A stretch of DNA of 64,000 nt from an uncultured Rhabdochlamydiaceae bacterium (lineage in GTDB: Bacteria > Chlamydiota > Chlamydiia > Chlamydiales > Rhabdochlamydiaceae): assembly GCA_963712275.1 (NCBI GenBank), contig CAVQHD010000001.1, forward strand, positions 128,001-192,000. Direction: 5' to 3'. The position numbers and the translations under genes were made by a program. The notes under the pieces are model-generated. The model was not told the DNA's origin. It saw only the letters and a program-made list of their open reading frames with translations, and did no database searches. This document shows, in pieces, positions 41,294 through 51,645 of the stretch. Each line of letters opens with the position of its first letter. Positions within the stretch are counted from its first letter, which is position 1.

Positions 41294-42241
41294 ATGGACT
41301 ATTGGGTACTTGCTTACTATTTTTTCACGCCGATCGAAGATCCGGCGCAAGAGGTGTTTCGACATAAAGATTTTTTTGCTCGTCGCGATATACGAGGAAG
41401 AATTTATATCTCTTCTGAAGGAATCAACGGTCAGATTAGCGCCCAACCTGCTGAAGCTCAATCCTATATGGAATGGCTAAAGTCAGACAGCCGCTTTCAA
41501 GAAGTGGAATTCAAGATCCATACATGGACTGAACATTGCTTCCCCCGAGCGACGATCAAAATGAGGCCCCAGCTGGTTGCCCTCGATACAAAAGCCGATC
41601 CATCCAAAGCAGGGCACCGCCTCTCTTCAGAGGAGTGGAAAAAGAGACTCGATGTGCATGATCCAAATAGGGTCTTAATCGATGTCAGAAATAGATACGA
41701 ATGGGAACTTGGCCATTTTGAGGGGGCCGAGCTTCCGAACCTAGAGCAATTTCGAGATTTTCCTAGCTATGCGGAGGATCTTAAAAAAAGGCATGATCCA
41801 AAGACAACCAAGGTGATGATGTACTGCACAGGGGGCATCCGATGCGAGCTCTATTCCGCTCTCCTAAAAGAAGAAGGGTTCGAAGAGGTGTATCAACTTA
41901 AAGGAGGGATTATTCAATACGGCCTTGAGCAAGGATCTAAACACTGGCGAGGGAAATTATTTGTCTTCGATGACAGACTTTCCGTTCCTATTTCTGAAAA
42001 AGAAGCTTCCGATATCATTAGCCATTGCAAATACTGCCAGACTCTAACCGATCTTTATTTCAACTGCGCAAATATGGATTGTAATGAACTTTTCCTAGCG
42101 TGCAATGCCTGTGCAGAAAAAGCCTGCGGCTGCTGCTCCCCTTCTTGTGAAAAAGCTCCCCGCGTTCGTCCCTTTCAAAAACAGGATCGCCCCAAACCCT
42201 TTCGTAGATTAGGACCCTTAGTGCATGGAACTCCTTCTTGA
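41294..42241 (+). CDS. trhO: tRNA uridine(34) hydroxylase / UPF0176 rhodanese
   Basis: EGING, DVRN.YE..GHF.GA, YCTGGIRCE and GKLFVFDDR motifs. Confidence 0.92.
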   Translation: MDYWVLAYYFFTPIEDPAQEVFRHKDFFARRDIRGRIYISSEGINGQISAQPAEAQSYMEWLKSDSRFQEVEFKIHTWTEHCFPRATIKMRPQLVALDTKADPSKAGHRLSSEEWKKRLDVHDPNRVLIDVRNRYEWELGHFEGAELPNLEQFRDFPSYAEDLKKRHDPKTTKVMMYCTGGIRCELYSALLKEEGFEEVYQLKGGIIQYGLEQGSKHWRGKLFVFDDRLSVPISEKEASDIISHCKYCQTLTDLYFNCANMDCNELFLACNACAEKACGCCSPSCEKAPRVRPFQKQDRPKPFRRLGPLVHGTPS

Positions 42242-44537
42242 AGGCACGCTGAAGCAGATCAAAGACCAAGCATCTAAGGGGCTGTTGACATGGAAAGGGA
42301 GAAAAGTCCTTTTCGACCCTTTTCTCCCCCTTGATCTGCTCATCGAGATTGAAGCAAAAGAGCCCTCCCAATTTTCTTTAGCCCCCCTTATGACCGTCGG
42401 CTCTCGAGAAGAGCCCGTTGATCAGTGGGAACCCTTGGCTCCCTTGGGAGCCCTGCAAGGAGGGGTCTTTCGCCTTTGGAAAGATCCTAATATGTTTCGC
42501 TGGGTCCGAAAGATTCAAGCCCTTCCATCATTGATTTCCGCAAAAGAGCTCGACACTTTACTTCAAGAGGACTTCCCCTTTCGCTGGAAGGGAGAAAAGC
42601 CTCGTCTAAAACCTGCACCACTTCCTATTCTAAAGTTGGTTGATCGAACAGGAGGATTTGCCAACCTGCTTCTAGACTACGGAGCCTGGGGAATTGTCGA
42701 TTTTCATTCTAGAGAACAACCTGATGAAGAAAAATACTGGGAAAACGACCTCCTTACGACAGGCTTCAAGAAAAAAATCGTTGGAGCTTCTCACTACTTT
42801 TGCGCCTTAGATCAAGTTGGCCAAACCCTTTCTTTTCTTTTGGATGTCGGTTGGAAAGTCATCGATTATCAAGGAAAAGAGGTCGTGCGCCAGCATCAAA
42901 TCGACTGCAGCGTGAAAGAGCAGGAGAATGTTCTTCTTTTAAGAGGAACCCTTCAATTTGGCCAGCACTCAGCCTCGATTCAAGATGTGATGGGCGCCTT
43001 TGAGCGGCATGAGCGGTGGATTGATCTATCCCCACATCAGGTCGGATTAATTGAACTTCCCCCTGCTTGGGAAGCGCTTATTGAAGAAGAGCGGTCACCT
43101 GAAGGGCTCCGTGTTCGGCAGACACAGATAGGGCTTTTAAGCCAGCTCGATCTTCTCCCTCCTGAATACCGCTTTGCACAGTGGCAAGAGACCCTTCCCT
43201 CCCCTGCTTTTCAAGGCACCTTATTTCCCTATCAACAAAAAGGGGTTGACTGGCTTTCATTCCTCTACCGTACGGGGTGCTCGGGTCTTCTCGCAGATGA
43301 GATGGGGCTTGGGAAAACCGTCCAAATGCTCGCCTTCCTGACACTTCGTGAAGGGCCTGTCTTAATCGTGATGCCGGTAACCCTCCTTTCTCTGTGGAAA
43401 CAACAAATTGAACACTTTTTACCTGGTACCTCTGTTTATATTCACCAGGGCCCGGGACGCGCTCAGTCGCTCAGTGGAAACACCCAAATCATTCTAACTT
43501 CTTATTCGATGCTCCGATCCGACCTTCATCTCTTCACTGAGATCGCCTTCGACACCGTTATTTTGGATGAAGCCCAAATGATTAAAAACAGCACAACGCA
43601 AGTCGCTCAAAGCGTTTATCAACTCAAAAGCCGCTTTCGGCTCGCTCTCACGGGAACACCTCTTGAAAACCGCGTCGAAGAAATCGTCTCGATCTTCCGC
43701 TTTCTTCTTCCAACCCTTTTCAAAGAAAAAGTATCAGCACTCGACACTTTGACTCGGAAAAAAATGAATCCGTTTATTCTACGCAGAACAAAGAAAGAAG
43801 TTGGGCTCGATCTTCCTGAAAAAATTGTCCAAACCATTGGTGTCGATCCATCCGATGAAGAATATGCCCTCTATGAAACACTGCTTCAAACAAGAAAAAC
43901 CCGTCTTCTTCAGCAAATTGCAGAGGAGGGGGGTGCTGCTCATCGAATGGAAATACTCGAGCTCATTTTAAGGCTTCGGCAACACTGCTGCCACCCTCAA
44001 CTTCTCGACCCCTCTTATACAGGCGAGTGTCGAAAATTTGAGCGAGTCTTAAGCGATCTTGAAGAAGTCATCTCATCAGGGCATAAAGTCCTTCTCTATA
44101 GCCAATTTACGTCGATGTTAAAGCTCTTCAGGCAAGCCTGTCAAAACCGAGGATGGAAATGGGTCTATCTCGATGGAACAACCCAGGATCGCAACGAACC
44201 CACCCAGCAGTTCCAAAATGACCCGACGGTTTCGATTTTCTTGATCAGCTTAAAAGCCGGTGGCGTTGGACTCAACCTGCAGGCGGCAGATTATGTTTTT
44301 CTCTATGACCCTTGGTGGAATACCGCTGTTGAACATCAAGCCATTGACCGAGCACACCGGATCGGCCGGAAAGAGACTGTCATTGCGCGAAAATATTTTA
44401 CAACTCAATCGATCGAAGCAAAAATCCTCGATCTTCAATCGAAAAAAGAGGCTCTTACCGAAGAGCTCTGGAGCGAGCAAGGCCTTATTGAGATGCTCCC
44501 TCTTGAGTATGACGAAATTCTGGGTTTTTTTGTCTAG
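42225..44537 (+). CDS. SNF2-family helicase
   Basis: LADEMGLGKT, DEAQ, TGTPLEN, SLKAGGVGLNL and QAIDRAHRIG motifs. Confidence 0.92.
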   Translation: MELLLEGTLKQIKDQASKGLLTWKGRKVLFDPFLPLDLLIEIEAKEPSQFSLAPLMTVGSREEPVDQWEPLAPLGALQGGVFRLWKDPNMFRWVRKIQALPSLISAKELDTLLQEDFPFRWKGEKPRLKPAPLPILKLVDRTGGFANLLLDYGAWGIVDFHSREQPDEEKYWENDLLTTGFKKKIVGASHYFCALDQVGQTLSFLLDVGWKVIDYQGKEVVRQHQIDCSVKEQENVLLLRGTLQFGQHSASIQDVMGAFERHERWIDLSPHQVGLIELPPAWEALIEEERSPEGLRVRQTQIGLLSQLDLLPPEYRFAQWQETLPSPAFQGTLFPYQQKGVDWLSFLYRTGCSGLLADEMGLGKTVQMLAFLTLREGPVLIVMPVTLLSLWKQQIEHFLPGTSVYIHQGPGRAQSLSGNTQIILTSYSMLRSDLHLFTEIAFDTVILDEAQMIKNSTTQVAQSVYQLKSRFRLALTGTPLENRVEEIVSIFRFLLPTLFKEKVSALDTLTRKKMNPFILRRTKKEVGLDLPEKIVQTIGVDPSDEEYALYETLLQTRKTRLLQQIAEEGGAAHRMEILELILRLRQHCCHPQLLDPSYTGECRKFERVLSDLEEVISSGHKVLLYSQFTSMLKLFRQACQNRGWKWVYLDGTTQDRNEPTQQFQNDPTVSIFLISLKAGGVGLNLQAADYVFLYDPWWNTAVEHQAIDRAHRIGRKETVIARKYFTTQSIEAKILDLQSKKEALTEELWSEQGLIEMLPLEYDEILGFFV

Positions 44538-44559
44538 AGGGTCCTTTCCAACCAGCTTA

Positions 44560-45588
44560 TTACTCCATCGGGATGCTCAGCAGATAAAGGCCTACACGTT
44601 GATCTGCCATCACAACCCCCTTCTTTGTGATTAAATAACCCCGCTCCGGCCTATCATTTCTCCATACTTGGTAAATAACTTTTTCATCTTCAATTCCAAT
44701 ATAGATTTCAGCCCCATTCAGCACCTTACAAGATAGTCCAAATAGAACGCCCTCTCCGGCTGGATTTTGAATCGACGAAGAACTCCGTTTAAATAGCTCA
44801 ACCCCTAGATACCAAAATTGATAAACATCTTCCTTTGCACCATCCGCTGTATTCTCTTCCAGGACAGGACTTTCCTCCAAGAGCCGCAGCAGATAAATGT
44901 GTACACGAAAATCTGGTGTGGTGACCCCTTCCTTTGTGATTAAATAACAATCCAATCCCGGCCTACCATTTTCCCATACTTGGCAAACAACTTTTTCATC
45001 TTCAATTCCAACATAGATTTCAGCCCCATTCAGCGCCTTATGAGACATTCTAAATAGAACGCCCTTTCCGGCTGGATTTTGAATCCCCTCAGACATCCCT
45101 TCAAGCATCTCAATTATTAGATGCCAAAATTGATAAACTCCAATCATTCGATGCCGAAATTGATAAACTTTTTGGTCTTCTTTTGACGAGCCTGGCACCA
45201 TCAAGAGTTGTAATTCTTCTTTCGTCACTGAAGAGAGATCTTCTAAAGGACTTGGCGGGAGATGCGGCCCCATTGGAGGATCTACGGTTTCTTTATCAGC
45301 TTTCGTAGGGCGACTAGAAACAACCCATGCAAACAAAGTTAGACAAGCCGAGACGAGCAGATTGGTATGCCACGCAACTTTTTGCCAATGGAGGAGAAGT
45401 ATCGTGGGAACAAAGCTCGTTGCAAAAAAAAAGACCCCCTCCCGTTTTTTTGACGTGATAAGGCAGTCCATATATCGGCGAACAAGCCTTGGAGTTACTG
45501 TCACAACAACAAGAGCAGATGCGCCAATCCAAAGAGAACTCCGCAAAGAAGACTCTGAAGTTAAAAGAAATGAAACCATCTTAACCAT
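44560..45588 (-). CDS. Membrane-anchored hypothetical protein with two ~88-aa repeats
   Basis: N-terminal hydrophobic segments and a duplicated VYQFW...IQNPAG.GVLF...LNGAEIY.GIEDEKV...YLITK.GV unit. Confidence 0.75.
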   Translation of the reverse strand: MVKMVSFLLTSESSLRSSLWIGASALVVVTVTPRLVRRYMDCLITSKKREGVFFFATSFVPTILLLHWQKVAWHTNLLVSACLTLFAWVVSSRPTKADKETVDPPMGPHLPPSPLEDLSSVTKEELQLLMVPGSSKEDQKVYQFRHRMIGVYQFWHLIIEMLEGMSEGIQNPAGKGVLFRMSHKALNGAEIYVGIEDEKVVCQVWENGRPGLDCYLITKEGVTTPDFRVHIYLLRLLEESPVLEENTADGAKEDVYQFWYLGVELFKRSSSSIQNPAGEGVLFGLSCKVLNGAEIYIGIEDEKVIYQVWRNDRPERGYLITKKGVVMADQRVGLYLLSIPME

Positions 45589-45877
45589 TTAAGGAAAAAT
45601 TATATCATGCTTCATCAATAAAGTCAGCTAAAATAAATTTTATGCCAATTCTCAGAATATATTAGGCACTTACATTGAAATCTGAATCCGTAGACAGCTT
45701 CTAAGCTTCGGAAAGACCTTATTTTCTCCTAACTAGTTGATATTCATAGTTATAACACTCTTCAGAGTTTTGTTTCTTGGCAATAAACAATTTATTTTAG
45801 CCAATGGAATATTAGTATACTAAAATATTTAATATATGATAAAATACATTAAGTAAATAATAAAAAGGTATAATAAT

Positions 45878-47470
45878 ATGACAACATTAATTGGTGATTA
45901 TAATGAAAAATCAAATACAATAGACAATCTTCCTCAAGCCTCTGAGAATCAGGTAAATCCATTCCTCTATCCTTCTGAAAGCCTAAAACAATACGACGAA
46001 ATGACCACTCCTCGAGATGTCGCAGGGGAACGAAGCCTTAAGTCGATTGAAAAAGAGAAAGCAGCTTCTCAGGAATTGACTAAAAAACTCGCTTGCGTGA
46101 CAGATCAAGAAATCAAAGAGCTTCTTGATGTCATTGATACTCTAGACCTTAGAAATGCCCCAAAAGATTCGGTCCTTTTCAGCCAAAAACTCCCCCACAT
46201 TGCACTAGAGACTTTACGAAGAGGCTTACTAGACCCTCAGCATGGACAAAAACAGGTGGCTACAATACTCAACTTCTGGGCTGCTCTTCAATACCATCAA
46301 AACTCTTCGGATCTTGAAACGGTTTCAGTTTTTAGCTCCAAAGCGGAAAAATTGATGAAAATGACGTTCATGCATCCGACAGAGCCTTCCATCGATCCCT
46401 TTCTTGAAGGGGATAAATTCGACCTCTTCATGAAAAAAATGAGATCTCTTCCTCCGTCTGAACAACGATTCCTCCTCGTTCCAGATATCCAAGGTGACGA
46501 TTCTATAGATGTCATCGCTGCCCTAAACGGCGGAGACCCTTTCAAAGCCTCCATTTCACAAGCGACCAATGAGACAGGCATTAATGTTTTTAATCGATTG
46601 ACCTATCAAGAAATGCCTATGCGAATCATTCCTTCTAATGGAATGATGCAGGCATTTTTAGATGCTCAATACGGGGAAGACGCCGTTGAAATCAAACCTC
46701 GCGTTTACCTTTCAACCCTCCGACATATCTATGATAACCGCCTCACCAATACCTGCGATATGATGGTGCCAACTCCCGATGATAAAGGAAAAAGTCGATG
46801 CCCTAGTACTGCTGATGGCTTCCAAGCTCCCTGGTACGATTTTCCTTATCACGATTTTTATCATGCTATTGCCACATCAGCTGTAGGGCAAACCTATAGA
46901 AAAATAGGGATTATTGCATCAGATGCCATACGCACCTATGCAAAAACAGCCCCTGCTGAAGATCAAAAGGGACTAGGCCAACTTGCTGTGATGATGGTTG
47001 ACATGGATTACCCTTTCTTTCTCCACTTTTTTAACCACTTAGGATTTTCTCAAGAAGGGATTTTTTGGTTAACAATCAACCAACAAATTTTACAACAAAA
47101 ATTAAAATACAAAAACCATGAGACACTCAAACAACTAGGTATTACCCCTCCCTATCGAGTAGATCTTATTTCAGAAGAAAGCGAGTTAGGGGTATTTAAC
47201 GCACTTTATCATACTTTTGTTTATGAGCAGCAAGGTTCTTCTGAGCTCAACAAAGAGAGCTTCATAGAGGTTGTAACAAGTTACAAAAGTCAGCTAGAAG
47301 AGTTATTAGAAGAAGATGATGAAGAAAACACTGCAACGCTGCTTTCTCGACCTATTGTACGACTGGGAATAAAGCTAGGAATGATTGATTTAACTTCTCC
47401 TGGGCAGCAGCCATCATTAGATGATGAACATTTTTCCTACGATGAGGTCTATTCTGTCTTTTCATCATGA
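45878..47470 (+). CDS. Hypothetical protein, effector-like
   Basis: 530-aa ORF behind an AT-rich spacer, with an HDFYH motif and an acidic tail. Confidence 0.75.
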   Translation: MTTLIGDYNEKSNTIDNLPQASENQVNPFLYPSESLKQYDEMTTPRDVAGERSLKSIEKEKAASQELTKKLACVTDQEIKELLDVIDTLDLRNAPKDSVLFSQKLPHIALETLRRGLLDPQHGQKQVATILNFWAALQYHQNSSDLETVSVFSSKAEKLMKMTFMHPTEPSIDPFLEGDKFDLFMKKMRSLPPSEQRFLLVPDIQGDDSIDVIAALNGGDPFKASISQATNETGINVFNRLTYQEMPMRIIPSNGMMQAFLDAQYGEDAVEIKPRVYLSTLRHIYDNRLTNTCDMMVPTPDDKGKSRCPSTADGFQAPWYDFPYHDFYHAIATSAVGQTYRKIGIIASDAIRTYAKTAPAEDQKGLGQLAVMMVDMDYPFFLHFFNHLGFSQEGIFWLTINQQILQQKLKYKNHETLKQLGITPPYRVDLISEESELGVFNALYHTFVYEQQGSSELNKESFIEVVTSYKSQLEELLEEDDEENTATLLSRPIVRLGIKLGMIDLTSPGQQPSLDDEHFSYDEVYSVFSS

Positions 47471-47637
47471 GGGTGTTCTTCTTCAAGGAGCTCCTGGGCT
47501 GCCGTTTTAAGGGTTGCAAGTCCCTTTTCAAACCCAACTTGCTTAAGAAGTTGATCTAAATAGCTAATTTCCGTAAGCAGCTGATCATTAACTGTTTCTA
47601 GCTCTGAGATCCTTTTTAACATCTGTTCTTTATCCAT
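47449..47637 (-). CDS. Small coiled-coil hypothetical protein
   Basis: 62-aa ORF with a GGTG RBS-like site and LETVNDQL..E...LD.LL..VGF..GL.TLK pattern. Confidence 0.65.
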   Translation of the reverse strand: MDKEQMLKRISELETVNDQLLTEISYLDQLLKQVGFEKGLATLKTAAQELLEEEHPHDEKTE

Positions 47638-47661
47638 ATTTTCACCATCCTATAATTGATG

Positions 47662-47717
47662 GAGGTAGCTCGCAAAACTCCGATTTTGGGCCAAATCGGA
47701 GTTTTGCGAGCTGCCTC
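47662..47717. mobile_element. Mini MITE family A, 56-bp internally deleted copy
   Basis: GAGGTAGCTCGCAAAACTCCGATTT...AAATCGGAGTTTTGCGAGCTGCCTC. Confidence 0.85.
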
Positions 47718-47757
47718 GATAATTATAAACATGCAAGATCTATGCCTTTAAAGAATC

Positions 47758-48222
47758 CTAGGAAAGAAGAGGGGTAACTGCTTCAAACTGGAGGAGCTCA
47801 TGCTTGATACGGGGGTCGGGAGTAAAGGCGCCAAAGCCTCCTGTTTTGGGAATAACGCGATGGCAAGGGATGAGAAGAGGGAAGAGATTCCCCCGGCAGA
47901 AATTGCCGATGGCTCGGGCGGCCTTTGGATGGCCAATCGCCTCCGCAATGTCTTGATAGGTAACGGTTGTCCCTAGGGGAACCGCTTGAAGAAACGAAGC
48001 TGCCCTCCGAGCAAAGGGTGTTTTAGGCAGCGGAAGGGGAAATGGCATCCATTTTCTTTTAGCATAACCCTCCAAGTAAGGAAGAAGAACATTCTGAAGA
48101 GTCTTTGAAGGACACTCTAAAGTAAATGCAGAAGACAAAGAGAGGGTAATACGAATCATCATATCACCTTGAAGATGAACTTTGATACCTACTCTAGGAA
48201 AAGAGGAGATCAATTCTCCCAA
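47758..48222 (-). CDS. ogt: Methylated-DNA--protein-cysteine methyltransferase
   Basis: TYQDIA..IGHPKAARAIG and IPCHRV motifs. Confidence 0.9.
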   Translation of the reverse strand: MGELISSFPRVGIKVHLQGDMMIRITLSLSSAFTLECPSKTLQNVLLPYLEGYAKRKWMPFPLPLPKTPFARRAASFLQAVPLGTTVTYQDIAEAIGHPKAARAIGNFCRGNLFPLLIPCHRVIPKTGGFGAFTPDPRIKHELLQFEAVTPLLS

Positions 48223-49193
48223 CTGATTTGTCCAATCATTTGATCAAGTCGGTTGAGCTCTTTCCATTTAGATTCGGAGACGAGATCCCCATCGTAAAAG
48301 TATTCGACCTGGGCAATCCCGTCAACATAGTACTTGGAAGGACCATGCCGATGATCATTTTCCCAAAGGATCTCTTGAGCAACTGCTTCTCCATCAAGAT
48401 AGTGAATTTCAAGACCGTTTTTCATTCCATCTAAGTAGTGAACTTCAACGGAGCGGGCTCCATTTTTATAAAATGTTGTTTTCCCGTGCAGCTTTCCATT
48501 AATGTATTCTTTGACAGCTAAAGGTTCTCCGTTTTCTGCAAAACTTTTTTTCTCTCCATGGAGAAGACCTTTCATAAAAAAGGCAATGCTTTCGGGGGCT
48601 CCGCTGCCGTAGAAAGTCGCTCTTCTGGAGATTTGCCCTTCGTCGATTTCCTCTTTGGCAAGCAAAATCCCTTGAATGTCTCGAATGACTCGCTCCCCTT
48701 TCCCTTTTTCAACTCGAGCCTCAATCTCATTTTGTCGATTAAAGTATTGCCCTTCAACAAGCTCGACTCCAGCATACTCCTCTGTTGACATCGGTGTTCC
48801 ATCGGTATACCACTTTGTCGATGCAAAACGAGATGGAGAGAGCTGCACCTCTTCACGTAGGGGCATTCCATAAATGTCGTACAAAATTTGTTTAACAAGA
48901 TTCCCTTGATTATAAAGATAGTAGGCTTCTACGGTCTGGCTATTTGGAAATGTATGCGTTGTAGGTCCATGCAAGACACCATCTTCATAAGTGGAAGTGA
49001 TGGTAACACCTGTTTTCAAAAAGGTAATCGCTTGCCCTGGATATTTTTTCTTTTTAAATTCATCTTTAGAGACTGCATATCCATATTTGTGAACATAACG
49101 TTCAGAAACAACGTTGTTTTCTTTTTCATTTTTATAGCAACCCGTCAGCAATACGATGCAGCATCCCACGATGGCAAAAACAAAGCGATGCAT
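48210..49193 (-). CDS. MORN-variant repeat lipoprotein
   Basis: Lipobox LTGC and repeated Y.DG.LHG units. Confidence 0.8.
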   Translation of the reverse strand: MHRFVFAIVGCCIVLLTGCYKNEKENNVVSERYVHKYGYAVSKDEFKKKKYPGQAITFLKTGVTITSTYEDGVLHGPTTHTFPNSQTVEAYYLYNQGNLVKQILYDIYGMPLREEVQLSPSRFASTKWYTDGTPMSTEEYAGVELVEGQYFNRQNEIEARVEKGKGERVIRDIQGILLAKEEIDEGQISRRATFYGSGAPESIAFFMKGLLHGEKKSFAENGEPLAVKEYINGKLHGKTTFYKNGARSVEVHYLDGMKNGLEIHYLDGEAVAQEILWENDHRHGPSKYYVDGIAQVEYFYDGDLVSESKWKELNRLDQMIGQISWEN

Positions 49194-49219
49194 GAAAAAC
49201 CTTCCTGTCATAAACTCCA

Positions 49220-51598
49220 TCATACGAGATTGCTCAACTTTTCCGCCACAGAATGTATTAGTTTACGGTGTTCTTCATGGACTGTCTCATCTGTGATCGT
49301 TTTATGCCGATCTCGATAGATGAACCGAAAAGTCACATTTTTTTGATCAGAGCCCAGCTCAGCGCTGGTGAATGAATCGATCATTTCAAAGGACTCCATA
49401 TGAGGGGAAGCAGACGATTGAATCAAAGAGGCCAGTGTCGCGTAAGAATGATAATTGGATACCGTCACCGTCCAATCCCTTGAAGAGGAAGGGTAAGTCG
49501 CAAGAGGTTGGAACCGAAATGGTTTTTTCTTAAGTTCAAGAATGTCATTTAGATTCAGTTCAGCAAAAAAAAGTCGTCCCTGAAGGTGGGATTTGAGGAC
49601 AATGTCAGGATGAATTTCTCCAAAAACCCCGATCAGAACATCGCCTACCTTTACTTGGGCTTGTCTCCAAGGATGAAGGGTGTGGAGATTAGAAGAAGCA
49701 TATTGAACTTCTTTAAGTTGAAGGGCTGAGGCGAAATTTTCAATGATTCCTTTGAGATCAAAAAAATCAAACAGCTGAGGCTTGCGATCAAAGTGAGGGT
49801 GCCTTGAAAATCCTGTGAGAAGAATGGCTGCACAAGAAGGCTCCTCAATGATATCCCCTTCCCGAAAATGGATTCTCCCAATTTCAAAGAGTGATAAATC
49901 GTGATGTTGGTGATTAAAATTATGGCCTACGACTTTTAAAAGCCCGGGAAGCAAGGAGGTTCGAAGTACCGATTGATCCATCGAGCGAGGATGAAGAACG
50001 CGAAGAGTCGATGCATCAGGAAGGTGTCTTTCCACCGCTTGTTCATGCTCTGCAGGACTGATCAGATCGCAGGTGATGCACTCTTGAAGTCCCTCTTTGA
50101 GCAAGATTTCTCGCGCTTTTGTTTCGAGAAGAAACAAAGGAGCATCTGTGAGCGCCCCAGAAGAATAAACAGGACAATGCTTTGGAATCTTTCCATATCC
50201 ATAGAGACGAGCAACCTCCTCGATGAGATCCACCTCGATTTTCAAATCATTCCGATAAGAAGGAACTGTTACATAAAGCCCTTCTTCACCTTGGACAACG
50301 TTCATCTCCAGACGCTCAAAAATAGAGAGGATTTCACCCAGGCTTAAAGAAATTCCTAAGATTTGCTCTATGCGCGAAGGACGGCATGTGATTGTTCGTG
50401 CCTCTTTGCGGCGAGGATATTTATCCATAATCGGATGAACCTCTCCTCCTCCAACCATGCAAATCAATTCTGCAATCCGGTCGAGAACTCGAGGAGTACT
50501 TGCTTCATCAATTCCTCGAGCAAAACGGCTTGACGCATCGGTCTTTAAGTCCAGAAGCCGGCTCGATTTTCGAATCGTCTGCGGGTTAAAGGAGGCTGCT
50601 TCAATTAAAATATTCTGAGTCGTAGTCGTGACCGCAGAGGAAAGCCCCCCCATGATCCCTGCAAGCGACAAAGGGCCCTTTTGATCGCAGATTAAAAGGG
50701 TTTGCGCAGGGATTTCACGCGTAGATCTGTCAAGGGTTTGAAACTGAAAAGAAGCAGGGGCTTGCTTAATAGCAATAGAACCCTCGATTTTATCTAAGTC
50801 GAAAATATGCCCCCCATGCCCCAGCTCCAGCATCACATAATTGGAAATATCAACAATTGTATTGATGGAGCGAAGTCCACACTGAGTAAGCCTCTGCTGA
50901 AGCCAGGCAGGAGAAGGACCCACTTGAACCCCACGCATGATGCGACATGAAAATCGCGGGCATTCCTCCTGGTTTTCAATTTGAACATCGATCTTCTCGT
51001 TTCCAGCAACTTGAACCTTCGGCTCTACAAGATGGAGCTTGAGATTAAGTGAAGCAGCTAGCTCCCTTGCAACGCCAAGAACGCTTTGACAGTGGCCTAA
51101 ATTTGGGGTGAGAGAAAGGTCGAAAATGGGATCAAGGACAACAGCTCTCACATCAGTACCCAAAGGAATATCTGAAGATAGCTCCACAATCCCTTCATGA
51201 TCATCTGATAACTTGAGTTCTTTGGAAGAGCAGAGCATCCCCTCCGACTCGACATCGCGGATTTTGCTTTTTTTAATCTTCCATATTTTTCCATCATCAT
51301 CTGTCAGGTGTGCGCCAACCCGCGCAAAGGCAACCTTGATCCCTTCACGGCAATTCGGCGCTCCGCACACCACTCGATATTCTCCCTCTCCATCGGTCAC
51401 TTTGGCAACCCGGAGTCGATCGGCATTGGGGTGTTTCTCTGCGGACAAAACTTTTCCAACTACTATTCCCTCAAAAGTCGCCTCATGCCCTGTGATTGCT
51501 TCGACTTCAATCCCTAAATTGGTGAGGCTGCAGGCAATTTCTTGCGCTGTTTGAGTGAGAGGAATAAACTGTTTTAACCACGAGAGCGGGACTTTCAT
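49220..51598 (-). CDS. pheT: Phenylalanine--tRNA ligase beta subunit
   Basis: HPNADRL, VCGAPN, SEGMLCS and DLIEEVAR.YGY motifs. Confidence 0.97.
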   Translation of the reverse strand: MKVPLSWLKQFIPLTQTAQEIACSLTNLGIEVEAITGHEATFEGIVVGKVLSAEKHPNADRLRVAKVTDGEGEYRVVCGAPNCREGIKVAFARVGAHLTDDDGKIWKIKKSKIRDVESEGMLCSSKELKLSDDHEGIVELSSDIPLGTDVRAVVLDPIFDLSLTPNLGHCQSVLGVARELAASLNLKLHLVEPKVQVAGNEKIDVQIENQEECPRFSCRIMRGVQVGPSPAWLQQRLTQCGLRSINTIVDISNYVMLELGHGGHIFDLDKIEGSIAIKQAPASFQFQTLDRSTREIPAQTLLICDQKGPLSLAGIMGGLSSAVTTTTQNILIEAASFNPQTIRKSSRLLDLKTDASSRFARGIDEASTPRVLDRIAELICMVGGGEVHPIMDKYPRRKEARTITCRPSRIEQILGISLSLGEILSIFERLEMNVVQGEEGLYVTVPSYRNDLKIEVDLIEEVARLYGYGKIPKHCPVYSSGALTDAPLFLLETKAREILLKEGLQECITCDLISPAEHEQAVERHLPDASTLRVLHPRSMDQSVLRTSLLPGLLKVVGHNFNHQHHDLSLFEIGRIHFREGDIIEEPSCAAILLTGFSRHPHFDRKPQLFDFFDLKGIIENFASALQLKEVQYASSNLHTLHPWRQAQVKVGDVLIGVFGEIHPDIVLKSHLQGRLFFAELNLNDILELKKKPFRFQPLATYPSSSRDWTVTVSNYHSYATLASLIQSSASPHMESFEMIDSFTSAELGSDQKNVTFRFIYRDRHKTITDETVHEEHRKLIHSVAEKLSNLV

Positions 51599-51645
51599 TT
51601 AACAATCCTTCAGTGTAGAATAGTTAAAGGATATCACAATTAAAC

